Assembly (NCBI GenBank): GCA_000934665.2 | Contig: KZ538696.1 | Location: 1 to 53,047, forward strand | From: Catajapyx aquilonaris | Taxonomy: Eukaryota | Direction of reading: 5' to 3' | DNA length: 53,047 nt | Part shown: piece after piece, positions 1 through 12,270 of the stretch | How positions within the stretch are numbered: position 1 is the stretch's first letter | Layout: each line of letters opens with the position of its first letter | Program-made: the position numbers and the translations under genes | Notes under the pieces: generated by a model | What the model was told of the DNA's origin: nothing | What the model saw: only the letters and a program-made list of their open reading frames with translations | Databases searched by the model: none

Positions 1-1562
1 AAATTCTTGTTCTTGATTAGCTTTTGAATAATTGTGGATGATGAGATACATTGGCGCGGGGCCTTTATGGTCGGGTCGCCGTAACTCTGACACAGTCTAC
101 AAACTGTTGATTCAATCAGGTGGTTAGGCTGATCGCTTTGGTGAATACACATTGGAATGCAGTGGTGAATGATTGGAAATTTACATTATTGCAATCACTA
201 TCGCACCTTATTACACTTATTTCGTCATTCTAGTTGGCACCATGCATCTATTGCATTCAAATTTTAGTCCCTGGATAAAAATAGGCATTTTGCAGATTTC
301 CAATCATAATTATTGCTAGCATCCTTTTTGGCGCACTCCTGTTCATCCATATGCATATAACGACTTTTCATCGTGACATCACGATTTTCCTTTCATCCGT
401 GCCACGATCCGTCAAGCTGACTACAGACCCATCTACTTCATCTATGAACGTGACGTCCTCTATGGACGACCATAAACGCACGAATGCATCTGACCGTCAT
501 TGTTCAGTTCATAAAAGCAATTAAAATTTGCAGCTCCATCTATCCAAGGCAATCTGGCGCATATGGTACGACACTATCTTCAAGTGTAAAACACTGCTAT
601 ATTCCAACTAGGTACAAACAAATAGTCGAATGGTGAACCACTGTAGTACTCGAAGACTCGTTCGGCCAAAAGCTCAGCTTGGACTGTACAATCCGCTTTT
701 CCTATCGGTTCACAAAAAAGGTCCAGAATAATAGTCCATCGATTTTCAAAGCGACGGTAGCCTCTTCCGACAGATGGCTACTAATGACACTATTATGGGG
801 ATAACATTTTCAAAGGAGTTATGCCTATTGTGTATTGGGCGCAGGATATTTTATTTTGCAAAATAAGAACATCGATAACGTTGTGGGGACTGTATACTAA
901 ATTCGCTTATGTAGATGTGCTTACACAGTTATGTTTTGTTGCTGAATGGTACAGCATGGATTTCATCATAAACCAGACAGTCATAATGTCTGAAAAGTTA
1001 ATAGAGCTACTGAATATTTCACTTTGGAAAGAAATGAACTGCAAGCAATTTTTGATTACCGGATTGTTCCTATATGACTCCCTGCCTGTTCCGGATATTT
1101 TCTTCGGCACTGCTGTATTAATTATGTGGTGGATCACAATCTTGCTCCGAGCCTTCCAATTTGTGGATTCCATTCCCCTCTTGCCTTTCCAGAAAAAACA
1201 TTGATTACCAGAAGGTCTATAATTGACTGCAAAATTAATTTCACTCAAAGGACCCAGCGATACTGATAAGGCTTCCTTTCTCTGACTCATGAACATGCAT
1301 TGTGGTCTACTGCAAGACTGCAAGGCTGCAGCAGTAATTTACTGCCTTCTCACTTATGTACACTGAGATGATATACCGGTACCGTGTTAATTGACATTAT
1401 ACAGTGATAAAATATTGGCGTGCCCATTTTCTACTGAGCTCTTTAAAAAATGGTTATGAGTGTTCAATTTGTACTAAAACAAGGAATTCAAGGTATATTC
1501 ACTTATAATAATTATAATAACTGTGGGTAGTGCTTTTGACCCCTTGGGTACAAGCACGGACA

Positions 1563-1825
1563 TTTATTTTATCCATTGGTACATTCGTACATCGCGGGAC
1601 CTTTCGCGAAAGCCTGGGCCCACAGTCAGGGTGACAGGAGGGGATGTGCAATGTGCAGTGCAAAGTTTATAATATGGTACATAGTTTGTGAACTCCCCAG
1701 GGTAGATATGCCTAACGGAAATTCCACCCGAGACGAAGCCAGAGACGACCCAACTCTGCACGAGATGAAGGGGGAACCCCGGGCTGGGATCGAACCCCAT
1801 TACCGCAGCGCCACTCCGCCTCCCT
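1563..1825 (-). mobile_element. tRNA-derived SINE-like element, 5'-degraded
   Basis: Minus-strand B-box-like GGGTTCGATCCC near 1786-1798, GC-rich body, A-rich tail near 1563-1572; A-box not evident. Confidence 0.5.
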
Positions 1826-2035
1826 AAGGTATATTCATTGTAAGTAGCCTAACCTGTACACGTACAGCCATGTTCATTTTCAGAGATACCGGTACATTTA
1901 AATAATAAGCAAGTCAAAGTGTTTCTTAGAATTTTTAATACTCCATCTGGCTAATCGATCTTTGATCTTTCATGCTCATATGCTCAGCCCTCATCCAATG
2001 CGGTGGCGAGTGGAAACAGGTGCGACTTGATTCAT

Positions 2036-2350
2036 GCAGCTTCCAACCGCGCCCCATGGAGCGCTGCTTGCCGGGGTACAAAGCAGTCTTTTTTTTCAGC
2101 ACTACATGGACAGCCTTGCGGGTCTCTCCCCGTTAAAAGATCCTGATATACCTTCTGCAAGTGACTGGGGACAGGATCAAAGAGGGTGACGGTTGAATGC
2201 CTCTCTGGATGATTGCGCCTCAGGCCAGCAAAGTAATCCCGGAACATCCTACAGTTGCACTAATAAAACGCGTGGTCGTACTGAAAATGCGTGGCAGCCA
2301 GCTTTTATGGCCCAAGATGCTGTTCAAATGCCAAGATAATTTATGTGATG
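2036..2350 (+). pseudogene. Decayed C-terminal fragment of an Academ-like DNA transposon protein
   Basis: Across frameshifts reads ...LKDPDIPSASDWG...MPLWMIAPQASK...KCVAAS...KCQDNLC, resembling the P.P..WGW...P.W...P.A motif followed by a Cys-rich tail in Academ-type proteins. Confidence 0.5.
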
Positions 2351-2391
2351 GATCGAGCGTGGATTTTGGTACTTCACTCAACACATCGACC

Positions 2392-2465
<74 letters not shown>
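2392..2465. repeat. (ATA)n microsatellite
   Basis: About 24 perfect ATA units. Confidence 0.98.
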
Positions 2466-3564
2466 CTGATATTTTCCCTTAATCTGAGTTCTTGCAACCA
2501 CACCTTCAACCCACAACATTCAATGAGATATTGGAGAGTAATGAATGGTACTTAATTATCGTTTATACTAGTGAATATACTGTAGTAGCCTACTGAAGTT
2601 CTTCCCAAATATCCATTAGACACGTTGTTATAAAGGTTGACCCAGCTCTTCCCGTTGTTTTGTCATAAATTTATTATTACAGGTCTCTACCCAACCCGGA
2701 AATGTCCTAAATGAACCTAAAGCAAACTACTCTCATTTTCTAAATCGTACGCTTTGTGTACTTTCGAGTCGGACTTGCAAACACCAACCGATTGTACACG
2801 CCCGCTTTACAGTGCGACCCCCCATCAAGTCCAGTGTATGATGTGGTACACCAGTGGAAGGTACAAAGTTGCATTGCATCGCTACATCCAGCTGGTGTTT
2901 TATTGACGCCAACGATTCAATCAATCACATCGTTATGTACTAGATAGTGTTTACCCTAGGGCAGGTAATGCCCACTATAAAACATTTTTCACCACGTTCT
3001 ACACGCGAAAGTGACACGAACCTCTGCTCAGTAACACGCGCATAAATGACACAGGTCAGACGAAATTCGCATGGGTCATTTTTTCCCCCCCATTTATTGA
3101 ATCAGAGTTGGACTAAATGAATAATAACTTCAGGGCTCCACTCCTTAACAAAGCAATGCTAATTATTATTGGGTTTGCATTACCTATTGTTTGGAATTCA
3201 CATGAATACCTGGTTAATATCGGGTTTGGAAAGTTGATGATTCTGAGCAATAGTGGAGCCATGAGAGAGCCTGAAGTTGCCCCTGTATATTATGCGATGT
3301 GGTGAATAAAAGAGGCGCATAGGTTATCTAGTAGCAAGGATGACCTCAAGGACAAAGTTGACTGTTCCAATCGCAGAAACGGGGAGTGCTTCATTATTCA
3401 CTGATGGGTTTGTAAAAAAATTGGCGGTCCCATGCATAAAGGTAAAGAACAGTTCAACTTTGTTCTCGAGTTCAAATTCGGCCAAAAGTGACTAATTCAT
3501 CCACTCTCATCTCCCCACTCCCCCTCTTAAAACTTGGGCAAATAACCACACTGTAAATACTGTA

Positions 3565-3726
3565 CAGTGTTGGATATTAATCGAGGCATACGGTTAGCGA
3601 CATTTTCCGAAGCGGCAGAAGAAGGAATCTTGCTCGCCCGGCTTGCAGTATCCTTATCTTCGATTCCTTCTTCTGCCGCTTCGGAAAATGTCGCTATCAG
3701 TATGCCTCGATTAATGTCCAACACTG
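3565..3726. mobile_element. Tc1/mariner-type palindromic MITE (162 bp)
   Basis: TA|CAGTGTTGGA...TCCAACACTG|TA with about 65-bp inverted arms. Confidence 0.9.
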
Positions 3727-5195
3727 TACACTAGCTATAAATAGAATATAAAAATGTCCTAGAAGGATGATACTCCCATCACTATTAATGATAGAGTAAA
3801 CTGTAGTTCTCAGCACTAATATTGCTCTCGTACGTTACTGTGCAGTCTGAGTAAAAGATCCCACAGGGCAAAGGTGTAATGCGGCTTGAAGTATGTGATT
3901 CATTGCCAATATGAACTTTGCAACTATATTTATTATTTTTTTACTGCTTTAATTTTTATTATCTTAGTCGCGGCATTCATTATTCATTTATCACGACTTA
4001 ATTTTACATTATGTTCATCAGCTATGCAAGGGTCCAGCAACAAACATGATTCAAGTGCATGATAATATTAATATGAAGGCTTGGTACGCATGGTATCCCT
4101 GAATTATGCAACTACCATAGCATAAATTTTATCTAAATTTTCTATGAAAACATAAATTTTATTCACTCCTGGACACTTTTAATATTCAAATCCTTCTAGT
4201 CGACATGGGCGGAGATATGTTCCACAACAGTATGAAACGCTGCATTTAGAAGCACAAAATACCTCTTATTAGCATCATTCAAGGCCTTTACCACGTGGAA
4301 AAACACGCAATAATGATAGCCATATCATTACATGCCAATTACGCTATTTTTGTTTGACACAAAATGACTTCCTTAAAACATTCGCAATAATAAAGTCACT
4401 TGAATTCAAATTGATCCAACAACCACCTATTATCATTAGAGACCATTCTGCAGGAGCGCTAATATAATCATTCATCCGCTTCCTTAATATGACGGAAACA
4501 GTCCTTCGCTTCTCTGTAAACGGAGGAAATTATTGGCTTTTCTTGGTGTTTTGGTGCCGGGCCGGAAATTTTTACAGTCGTCTAAAATCCGCTATCTCAT
4601 TTAGTTCCTGTAAACTGTTCTCTAGAGGGCAAGCAAACGAGTCCGGCTACACCGAAATTATCTCTTCGCAGAGCAGTATTCCCGTGCAATTACCAGCCTC
4701 CGTATTATCCTTTATCTTATTGAGTGCCACATTACATACCCTCCTCACGGTGTTTAGTTGACATGCTACCAAGGGAAAATCAACGTTAACTGTTGGGCGT
4801 GGGCAGTTGGTCCTCTAAATAATCCATATATGACATTTGTCTTATTTGTAAGTTATACTATTTTATCGCAGTGCAAATGAATTTCAGATAGCTTTTTTAT
4901 AGTTATGGAACTCATTTTTGGCCATTGTTGGAGCCCTATGGCGTTTCTTGATCGTACTCATTTATTCCACGTTGTTTCACCACCAGCATAGCCACTGAAA
5001 GTGGGACGCCAACTGGTTGTTCCGTTTCAACAACGTACATGTTTCGTCAGTACTGAGTTGCTAACTATCTTGCTTATGGAGGAGACATCTGTGGCCTCCT
5101 CTTCTCTATATAGGCTGGCGCCATCCCCTTTCGCTTCACTAGGAGCAATATAGATTCTAAAATTCGCAGCTGGGGTCATTTTCCTTCATATAGGA

Positions 5196-5517
5196 CTATA
5201 GCTGTGGCACCCGGCGTTGCCCGGGAAGAAATTCATGAAGGGAAAACACCTGCCAGTACCCCCCATCAACTGTCTGTCTTTCTGTGTGTCCGGCATCTTG
5301 GTGTCCGGCCACCAATGCCATCTGTGGACCTGCTACTCCAACACCTTCAACCTCTCCCGCCTGTATAACGGCAACCGTCATTTGCCTGCCATCTGTATAG
5401 TCAACCCCCCAACACCTCCATCCTCTCCCGGCCTGGGGGTGGAGCACAGATGGCAGGCAAATGACTGTTGGCAGGCGGACAGACAGACAGACTCCCAAAC
5501 GGCTCTATTCATATAGA
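5196..5517 (-). mobile_element. Non-autonomous Helitron, copy 1
   Basis: Minus strand begins A|TC, has (GTCT)n near the 5' end, 3' hairpin CCCGGGCAACGCCGGG then CTATAG; closely similar to 17574-18132 and 29640-29933. Confidence 0.85.
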
Positions 5518-5556
5518 TATATAGCTTGCTATTTTTACTGTCACAAAATCATTTAG

Positions 5557-6209
5557 CCTCCTGAGACCCCTGGTACAGTATACTGTACCTTTGTTTTTTC
5601 CAGCACCTTCTGACTAAAGGGGGGTTCACACTAGCTGACGGGAGCATACGAAAAGAACGATCCGAAAGAGTGGACCAATCAGAGCCCACTTGAGGATGAC
5701 GAAAAGTGAAAGGGATTACGAAACGAAAAAGACGGGAGAAATCAACTTTTGACGGACACGGAATACGGAATACGTAGGCTTACGGACCTATCCACCAATG
5801 GAAGAGCCAGGAAAGCGGCAGGGGTGTGGCGAGCGAAAGTGAAAGGGAAAGCCGGCAGCGCCTCTGGCGGGGACAGGACGAAGGACATCAGTCGGGAGTC
5901 GAGACCCAGGGGGAGCGGGCCTCGGGAGATGGGAGAAGAGAAGGGTATGATACCGGTCCGAAGAGAGGGAGAGCCCGAGGGAGATCCGGCTTCCTCCCCG
6001 AGAATTCAAGCACAGCGCATGCGCTGCGGGTTACGGAGGCTAAAGCCACGCCACTCGCTTTTGTGTCTGAACACCTTTCCCCTCTTTCCGTTCGTTCAGT
6101 CATACCGGTCCGTTCGTTTCGTAGCTAGTGTGAACGCGCCTTAACTCAAACGCGTAAAACAAAAACAAAAACAAAGGTGATTGAAAGGTGTACTAGGGGT
6201 CTCAGGAGG
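5557..6209. mobile_element. piggyBac-type MITE interrupted by a Harbinger MITE
   Basis: TIR CCTCCTGAGACCCCT / AGGGGTCTCAGGAGG flanked by degenerate TTAA (ttag/ataa). Confidence 0.65.
5618..6141. mobile_element. PIF/Harbinger-type MITE
   Basis: TAA TSD (5615-5617, 6142-6144); TIR AGGGGGGTTCACACTAGCT / AGCTAGTGTGAACGCGCCT. Confidence 0.8.
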
Positions 6210-8014
6210 ATAATTGTTGCGACACTTGGAATATACTTTTGCGCAGAACCTACGTTCAAAGTGATATTCAACCATGAATGACGTGTACAGCAATGAAATG
6301 CAAACATGAAACGGCAAAATCCTATGAATATTATAGCTGTTTTTCCAAGCCAGCCTTTTGTAATCCTATATGTAACAAAACCATCATTACTTCTTATGTT
6401 ACAGTACAGATACTTTGAAGTCTTCACAGTCAGATTACAGTAGATATCTACCCTCTGTCATCTCTCTAATGAGTTATTCTATGAATCCAATATCAAAAAC
6501 CAAATTGGTACGGTACAGCAATTCGCCTCTTTATAATCCCCATCCCTCTCTCTCCCCCCCCCCCTCCACACACACGCGGAGAGAGTAATAAGCTCCCGTG
6601 GAAACGCGATGTGATGAATGCTGAGAAGGGCATTGCCTACTATGTCATTAGATTTAGGACAAATCCCCTGAGCGGAAAATTCAGGCAGCCATCATCCAAA
6701 TGCAAAATTTCTACTGGAAGCAATCATGACAGGATTACGGCCAAAACTGCATAGTGTAGAATACAAGTGGAACGTGCACTGTGTGAGAGAATAATATATA
6801 TATAAAAAAAGGAACATTCAAGCTCCGAGAGAAACAGTAGCGAAGCTCCTGTCCAAAATGCCACCTGTGCTTATGAAAAGTTGAACATGGGATATAAAAT
6901 ATGTAGACTTGTTGCTTTGCCTCGTTTCGTCTGGGGCTCTTGCAGCAACCTTTCGCCTTATTCTTGGCCAAGGCGGGTTGCTGAAAGGACCGCTTTAGAG
7001 TTTATGAGTTCTAGCCCAGAGTCACTCAACTAGATTGAACCCATGATGCTGCTCAATTTTTTTTTTACTAGTTGAGTTACTAGTTTGGTATAAAGTTGCT
7101 TAGACACATTAAGGTGCGTTTACATCTTCGCCGAGGTTGAAATTAACAATCGATTTTCACGCCTCAAATAATATTGGTTACTTCAGCCTCGGCGAAGACT
7201 TCCGTTCGTCAAATCGCGCACATTTATTAGGAGCAATGTTACGCGAATTTAAGTTTAGAATCTAATTATTACGTGTGTTTGGACCGATGTTGCCAACAAG
7301 TAACGTCAGAGCTTCTGTCACACCGCGAGCAAAGCGTACAGTGGACTTCGTACTTGAATAAAGCTGGTACTAACTTACTCAAATGACACTGTGACGACAA
7401 AGTACTCAAACCGTCAAGCTTTGTACATGCCAGCACACTTTGTGATATGTGTCGTCTAAAGTGGTCTAATTAAGCTGATGTCGCACGGACTTATTGAGTG
7501 CCGGAACAGAATATAATTATGCAGACTCCCTTTGCGCTTACCACTGTTTCCTACTAGCTAGGGTAAAGGCAATACTCCTAATACATTTTCCTCAAAGTCA
7601 AAGGCAGACCAGTGTATATATAACGTCAAGTCTCGACCTGCAGTTTCAACTAGGTTATTAATGACCAGGCAGCAATCAGAAGTGTACGTGCATCTCTTTT
7701 GATGTGCGCCAGTTTTGGACATGGCTAATAACTTTTGATAAGCTATACCTACAGGTTGAAGCTATGAATGAATACCAAGCAGGGTGCCAGTAAGGTATAT
7801 AGATTCTTTCTCTACTTGGGTCATTTCAACGACTAATGAATTCATTTCAAAGGCTTTTGATCGTTTACATTTTTGACACGAAGGTAAAAAAAAAAAGAGA
7901 TAACATGATTTATCATAGGACACATAATCGTACTGTTCAAGTCGTACCCAATGGAACAAGAGCAGAAGTTCAGGGTTATGAATATGCAAATTGCACCTGT
8001 TTATCATGTTTATA

Positions 8015-8345
8015 CAGGGTGTCCCATCTTTTTTGTCCGAACAGTTATCGGAAAATTTCGCGTAGCTGCTACTTTTTAAGCAGTGGTTTGCAACCAGTGA
8101 TTTGTCGGAGGAATGGGGAATGGGGAAAAGGAGGGTCACACATCCCATGGCATGTGTGACTCACTTTTTTTCCAGGCTTGACCCTCAATTTTCAGCAGGC
8201 AGCACGTATGCCACTTCAACCTACGATTCGCAGGGAATATTCCCCGTTCCTCCGAAAAATCACAGTTTGCAAGTCACTGCTTAAAAAGTAGCAGCTACAC
8301 GCAAATTTCCGATAACTGTTCGGACAAAAAAGATGGGACACCCTG
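8015..8345. mobile_element. Mariner-type MITE
   Basis: TA|CAGGGTGTCCCATC...GATGGGACACCCTG|TA, about 105-bp inverted arms. Confidence 0.92.
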
Positions 8346-8931
8346 TATACAAGATGTGTTAATAACTACATTTAGATCTGATTTAACCACATTTACTTGC
8401 ATCCAACCCTGTAGGACTACGACCCTTACTCACAGTTGGACCTATCAATTAGAGCACGTCTACGCGATAAGTTACGTTCCAACCGTTACAATGTGTGTAC
8501 TCTTGTAATTTACTTTCTGTAGATCAGGAAAAAACAGCCTTTTTTTTACCTTGTACTGAGAAGGGAAATGAGTTAGGGTGAAAGGGTCCGGGTGGGTTAG
8601 GAGGTGACGACCGGCAGATATTTTGTTTATGCAAATAGATTTATTATGCGACTCGGATTTGATTTCCAAACCCGGTCGATGTGAAATGGAGTATGCCGTG
8701 GCCTATCCACCTACCCCAGGACCAGATGCATCAGTTGCTTAGCAACTGACTAATCAAATGATCAAATGGATTAGCGGTTATCTGGAAATTAAGAGAGCTT
8801 CAGGCTGTGTTCACGTCCAGCAGAATACACATTGTAGCCAGCAGGTACTAATGTCATCCGGTGCCATCCCCCCTGGCAAGAAGCTTAGAGTCATTTTTTA
8901 TAGGATTTAAAAAAATCAAAAACAGGAAGGT

Positions 8932-9275
8932 AAACATGCTCCAACATGCTCTAACATGTCCAGACATGCTCTAACATGTACGGACATCCTCTAACATGTC
9001 CAGACATGCTCTAACATGTTCAAACCTGTCCAGACGTGCTCTAACATGTACGGTCATGTCCAAAAACATGCCCCAGCATGTTCAAACCTGTCCAGACATG
9101 CTCTAACATGTACGGACATGTCCAAAAACATTTCCCCAGCTCCAACATGCTCTAACATGTCCAGATGTGCTCTAACATGTACGGACATGTCCAAAAACAT
9201 GCCCCCAGCATGTTCAAACCTGTCCATACCTGTTTCAACATGTTCAAAACTGTCCAGTCATGTTCAAACTTGTTG
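8932..9275. repeat. 10-bp-period minisatellite of RRRCATGYYY-like decamers
   Basis: About 33 contiguous decamers (AAACATGCTC, TAACATGTCC, AGACATGCTC, GGACATGTCC...) with higher-order repetition. Confidence 0.95.
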
Positions 9276-9890
9276 CCTGATATGAGGAAACCCCCCATTT
9301 GGAATAGAAATAAAATGTCCAAATTGAATAGATTTTCCGGTCCTAAATTTTTCCCCCCTCTCTAAGTCCGGTCGATCTGTACTTTGCTAAGCACGGGAAA
9401 GTCTAGAGGCGTCATCTTGAGCCTGTCGGCAGCATCAGCGGCACCAAAAGCCGGTCATCGACTCGAGAGCATCTAGCCAAGCCAGCCAGCCTCCTGTATA
9501 TGCTCCGCGGGACTACATGCTCCGCGGGAAATGATGATGATTATTACGATGGGGGGTAGGGGGATGAAGGGCTTTGAAAACAATGGTCGAGATTCTGGGT
9601 GACTTTAGCGTGCATAATAAGTTGGGGGGGGGGGAGGAAGAGGAAAGGGGAGCGAGAGAAGGAAAGGAGGGGAATGGACTTTGACAAAATGACATCAGNC
9701 CCCCCCCCAAAATATCGCTGACACAATATGGTATTCTCAACAAGTGGCAAGACGAAAGAAAAGACACTTGTTGCATCAACAACAGGCAAGTAAGCCGGTA
9801 TTGCATGTCTTTTAAAGGGTCAGCACGACACGTGTGTTAGTTGTGCGTGTATATCGTGTGTGAAGATTGTTACAATGATTCTTTTCTTAC

Positions 9891-9998
9891 CCTTGTCCGC
9901 CCCAGGAGGAGAGCATCCATTTCTCCTTCCGGTTGCGGGTTAACATGCCGGCCACCGGAGTCTGACTTTCCCGCCTTCTCCTCCTCCCCACCGTCCAT
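9891..9998 (-). CDS. Putative first coding exon of an unidentified gene (MDGGEEEKAGKSDSGGRHVNPQPEGEMDALLLGRTR)
   Basis: AAGATGG start context, 36 open codons, phase-0 donor AGG|GTAAG, GC/CpG-rich surroundings. Confidence 0.55.
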
Positions 9999-11872
9999 CT
10001 TCGCGCTAGTTCAGCGCTAGTCTTCGCGGCCTCTCGAGGCGAACCAGCGCACTGGCCTAAGTCCGTTCCACAAGGCAACCACGCCCACATCTACCACTTG
10101 ACTCTTCATTGTGCTCTGTGGTATAATAATTATCAAGTCGCCTCATTGCTCCTTAGAGGTTTTGTCTTTTTTAAAAAAAGGCAAAAAAAAACTAGAAAAT
10201 ATTGATCATGTGCCAGGCGAGGGGGTGCTAATTCGTGTCATTCTTAAAGTTCCAGAGTTACAGTACACTGACATATGCATGCAATTTGTCGAAATACAGT
10301 CGTCTAAGTACCTACTGATCGGCACACACCAAAGAAATGGCCGGCGTTGTCCTGTGAAGCGGCAAGATCGGAAACCTTTTAGTGAAACAAATACAAAACA
10401 TAAGTGTGGACATGCCTAAAGTGAAAACATCACTATGCAAATATTTAAGAAGAAAAAAAACACAAGCTAACTGAAGCTTACGTGGTGTCAAAAAAATTTG
10501 TGCACTTTTAAAAAAATTGAATGCAAACACAAATAAGTCGGGGGGGGGGNGTGGGGGGGGGCGCCTCCAGATCTCACCGCTTCAACTCTAAAGCACTCTC
10601 GGTGCAAATCATATAACAACAAAAAAAAAAATCGAAATCCCGCTTCTGACACCACGTGAACCAGACTTTGAAAAACATCCTCCTTCAACTAATTAAACTT
10701 TTTCAAAATTACACGAAACCTGACTCTGATGGGGGAGGGAATCAACAAAGTACAATTAGCGTACAACCTGTGACAAAAAAAAAATCGCACGTGACTATCA
10801 ACAAAAGGACAAGATGCTATAGAAAGTATGCGCCTACCTTGTTATAGTCTTGACACGTTACAAGGAATCTCACTCGCTTTCTTTTAGTCACAGCCATCAC
10901 TCTGAGCCGATTAATGCAGGAGCTTGCTGCCGTGTAAATCCGGATCTTATTAGCTCAGATCACTCCGGGGGAGAAGGTGGATGAAGGATATATAGCCGAA
11001 AAACGACAGTACGCGTATCGATCCATGCCTTTGGTTTGTTAGAAGTTAAAATCTTCCTATGGACCCAGCAGTACTACCAGAAGGTGCGATACACCACCAG
11101 AGGGCACGAGGCTAGTGGTGACGATACTGAAGTAAAAGGTTTTCTAGCTCCCCCACCCACGCCATACCCTACCCTACCCTCCCGGACACTTGTTGCGTCG
11201 AAAGGGGGGACCAAACCAGCCAGTGGAAGAGGGAGGAGGACATGATGGCAGGCGCGCCAGAAGAGGGAGCCTGCGCATGTACGTTCACACCAGAAAAAGG
11301 AAGAAATGGATGGATAGATGGATAGATAGGTAGATGGATGCACGATAGAAGAGCATTACCCAACCACACCAAGTATCGACCAAGATGGTGGATGTAGAGT
11401 GCGATTGCGCTGCAGACGTCCATTCACTTCTTTGATAAAGGCTTCTAGGGCTAAGGAGTGCAAATTTGCAGCCGCCTTATCTCTGGACCTACTATGGTTG
11501 TTGGCCCCCCCCCCCCTTTTTTTTTGTAGCCGGATGCTTTTACGCCCCCGTGTGGCTTTTGGAGGAAAGCTGATAGGAAAGGATGGAAAAAGACGGGGGA
11601 TTTCCCACGAGAAATTTGCATTTTCTGTTCCAGTCAAAGGGATGGTATCTTCAAATCGTTTGGTCGACAGTTGGGAATGGGATGCTGAATAGGAAGGTAC
11701 ACTTTTTGATAGCGGATAACATCGCTGAATTTTAAAGATTGATACCGCTATGTAAATAAGTGACTCGTAGCATGTAAGCATTAATGTTGTCAATAATTAC
11801 GCTAGTGTAGTTATGTTTCATATTGCTTTTATTATATTTTTTTTTATTTCTTGAACACCGTGATGACCCTTA

Positions 11873-12270
11873 GGGGCCGTGCAAATACCACGTGACCGAT
11901 TTTAGGCCACTTTTTGACCCCCCCNNNNNNNNNNNNNNNNNNNNNNNNNNNNNNNNNNNNNNNNNNNNNNNNNNNNNNNNNNNNNNNNNNNNNNNNNNNN
12001 NNNNNNNNNNNNNNNNNNNNNNNNNNNNNNNNNNNNNNNNNNNNNNNNNNNNNNNNNNNNNNNNNNNNNNNNNNNNNNNNNNNNNNNNNNNNNNNNNNNN
12101 NNNNNNNNNNNNNNNNNNNNNNNNNNNNNNNNNNNNNNNNNNNNNNNNNNNNNNNNNNNNNNNNNNNNNNNNNNNNNNNNNCCCCCCCCCCCCCCCCCCC
12201 CGTGACCAACCGTGGTATATCAGCAGACCCCCCTCCCCCCAAAACGGTCACGTGGTATTTGCACGACCCC
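11873..12270. mobile_element. PIF/Harbinger-type MITE
   Basis: TTA|GGGGCCGTGCAAATACCACGTGACCG...CGGTCACGTGGTATTTGCACGACCCC|TTA. Confidence 0.85.
11925..12181. other. Assembly gap (N run) between poly-C tracts
   Basis: Run of n. Confidence 1.

Noticed and set aside
2197..2519. Poly-isoleucine ORFs on both strands
   Set aside because: Translation of the (ATA)n microsatellite
5196..5516. Recurring ORFs (MKGKHLPVPP...), also at 17.6 and 29.6 kb
   Set aside because: They lie within non-autonomous Helitron copies and the frames are not conserved between copies
5749..6144. Four overlapping ORFs
   Set aside because: GC-rich MITE interior with no recognisable protein motif
8932..9275. Possible CRISPR-like array or Cys-rich repeat protein
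   Set aside because: Contiguous decamers without unique spacers, no cas genes, eukaryotic context; the ORFs are repeat translations
11356..11793. 145-aa minus-strand ORF with plausible splice sites (about 11360-11684)
   Set aside because: No recognisable domain, runs through homopolymers, donor phase differs from the other candidate exons; left uncalled but not excluded
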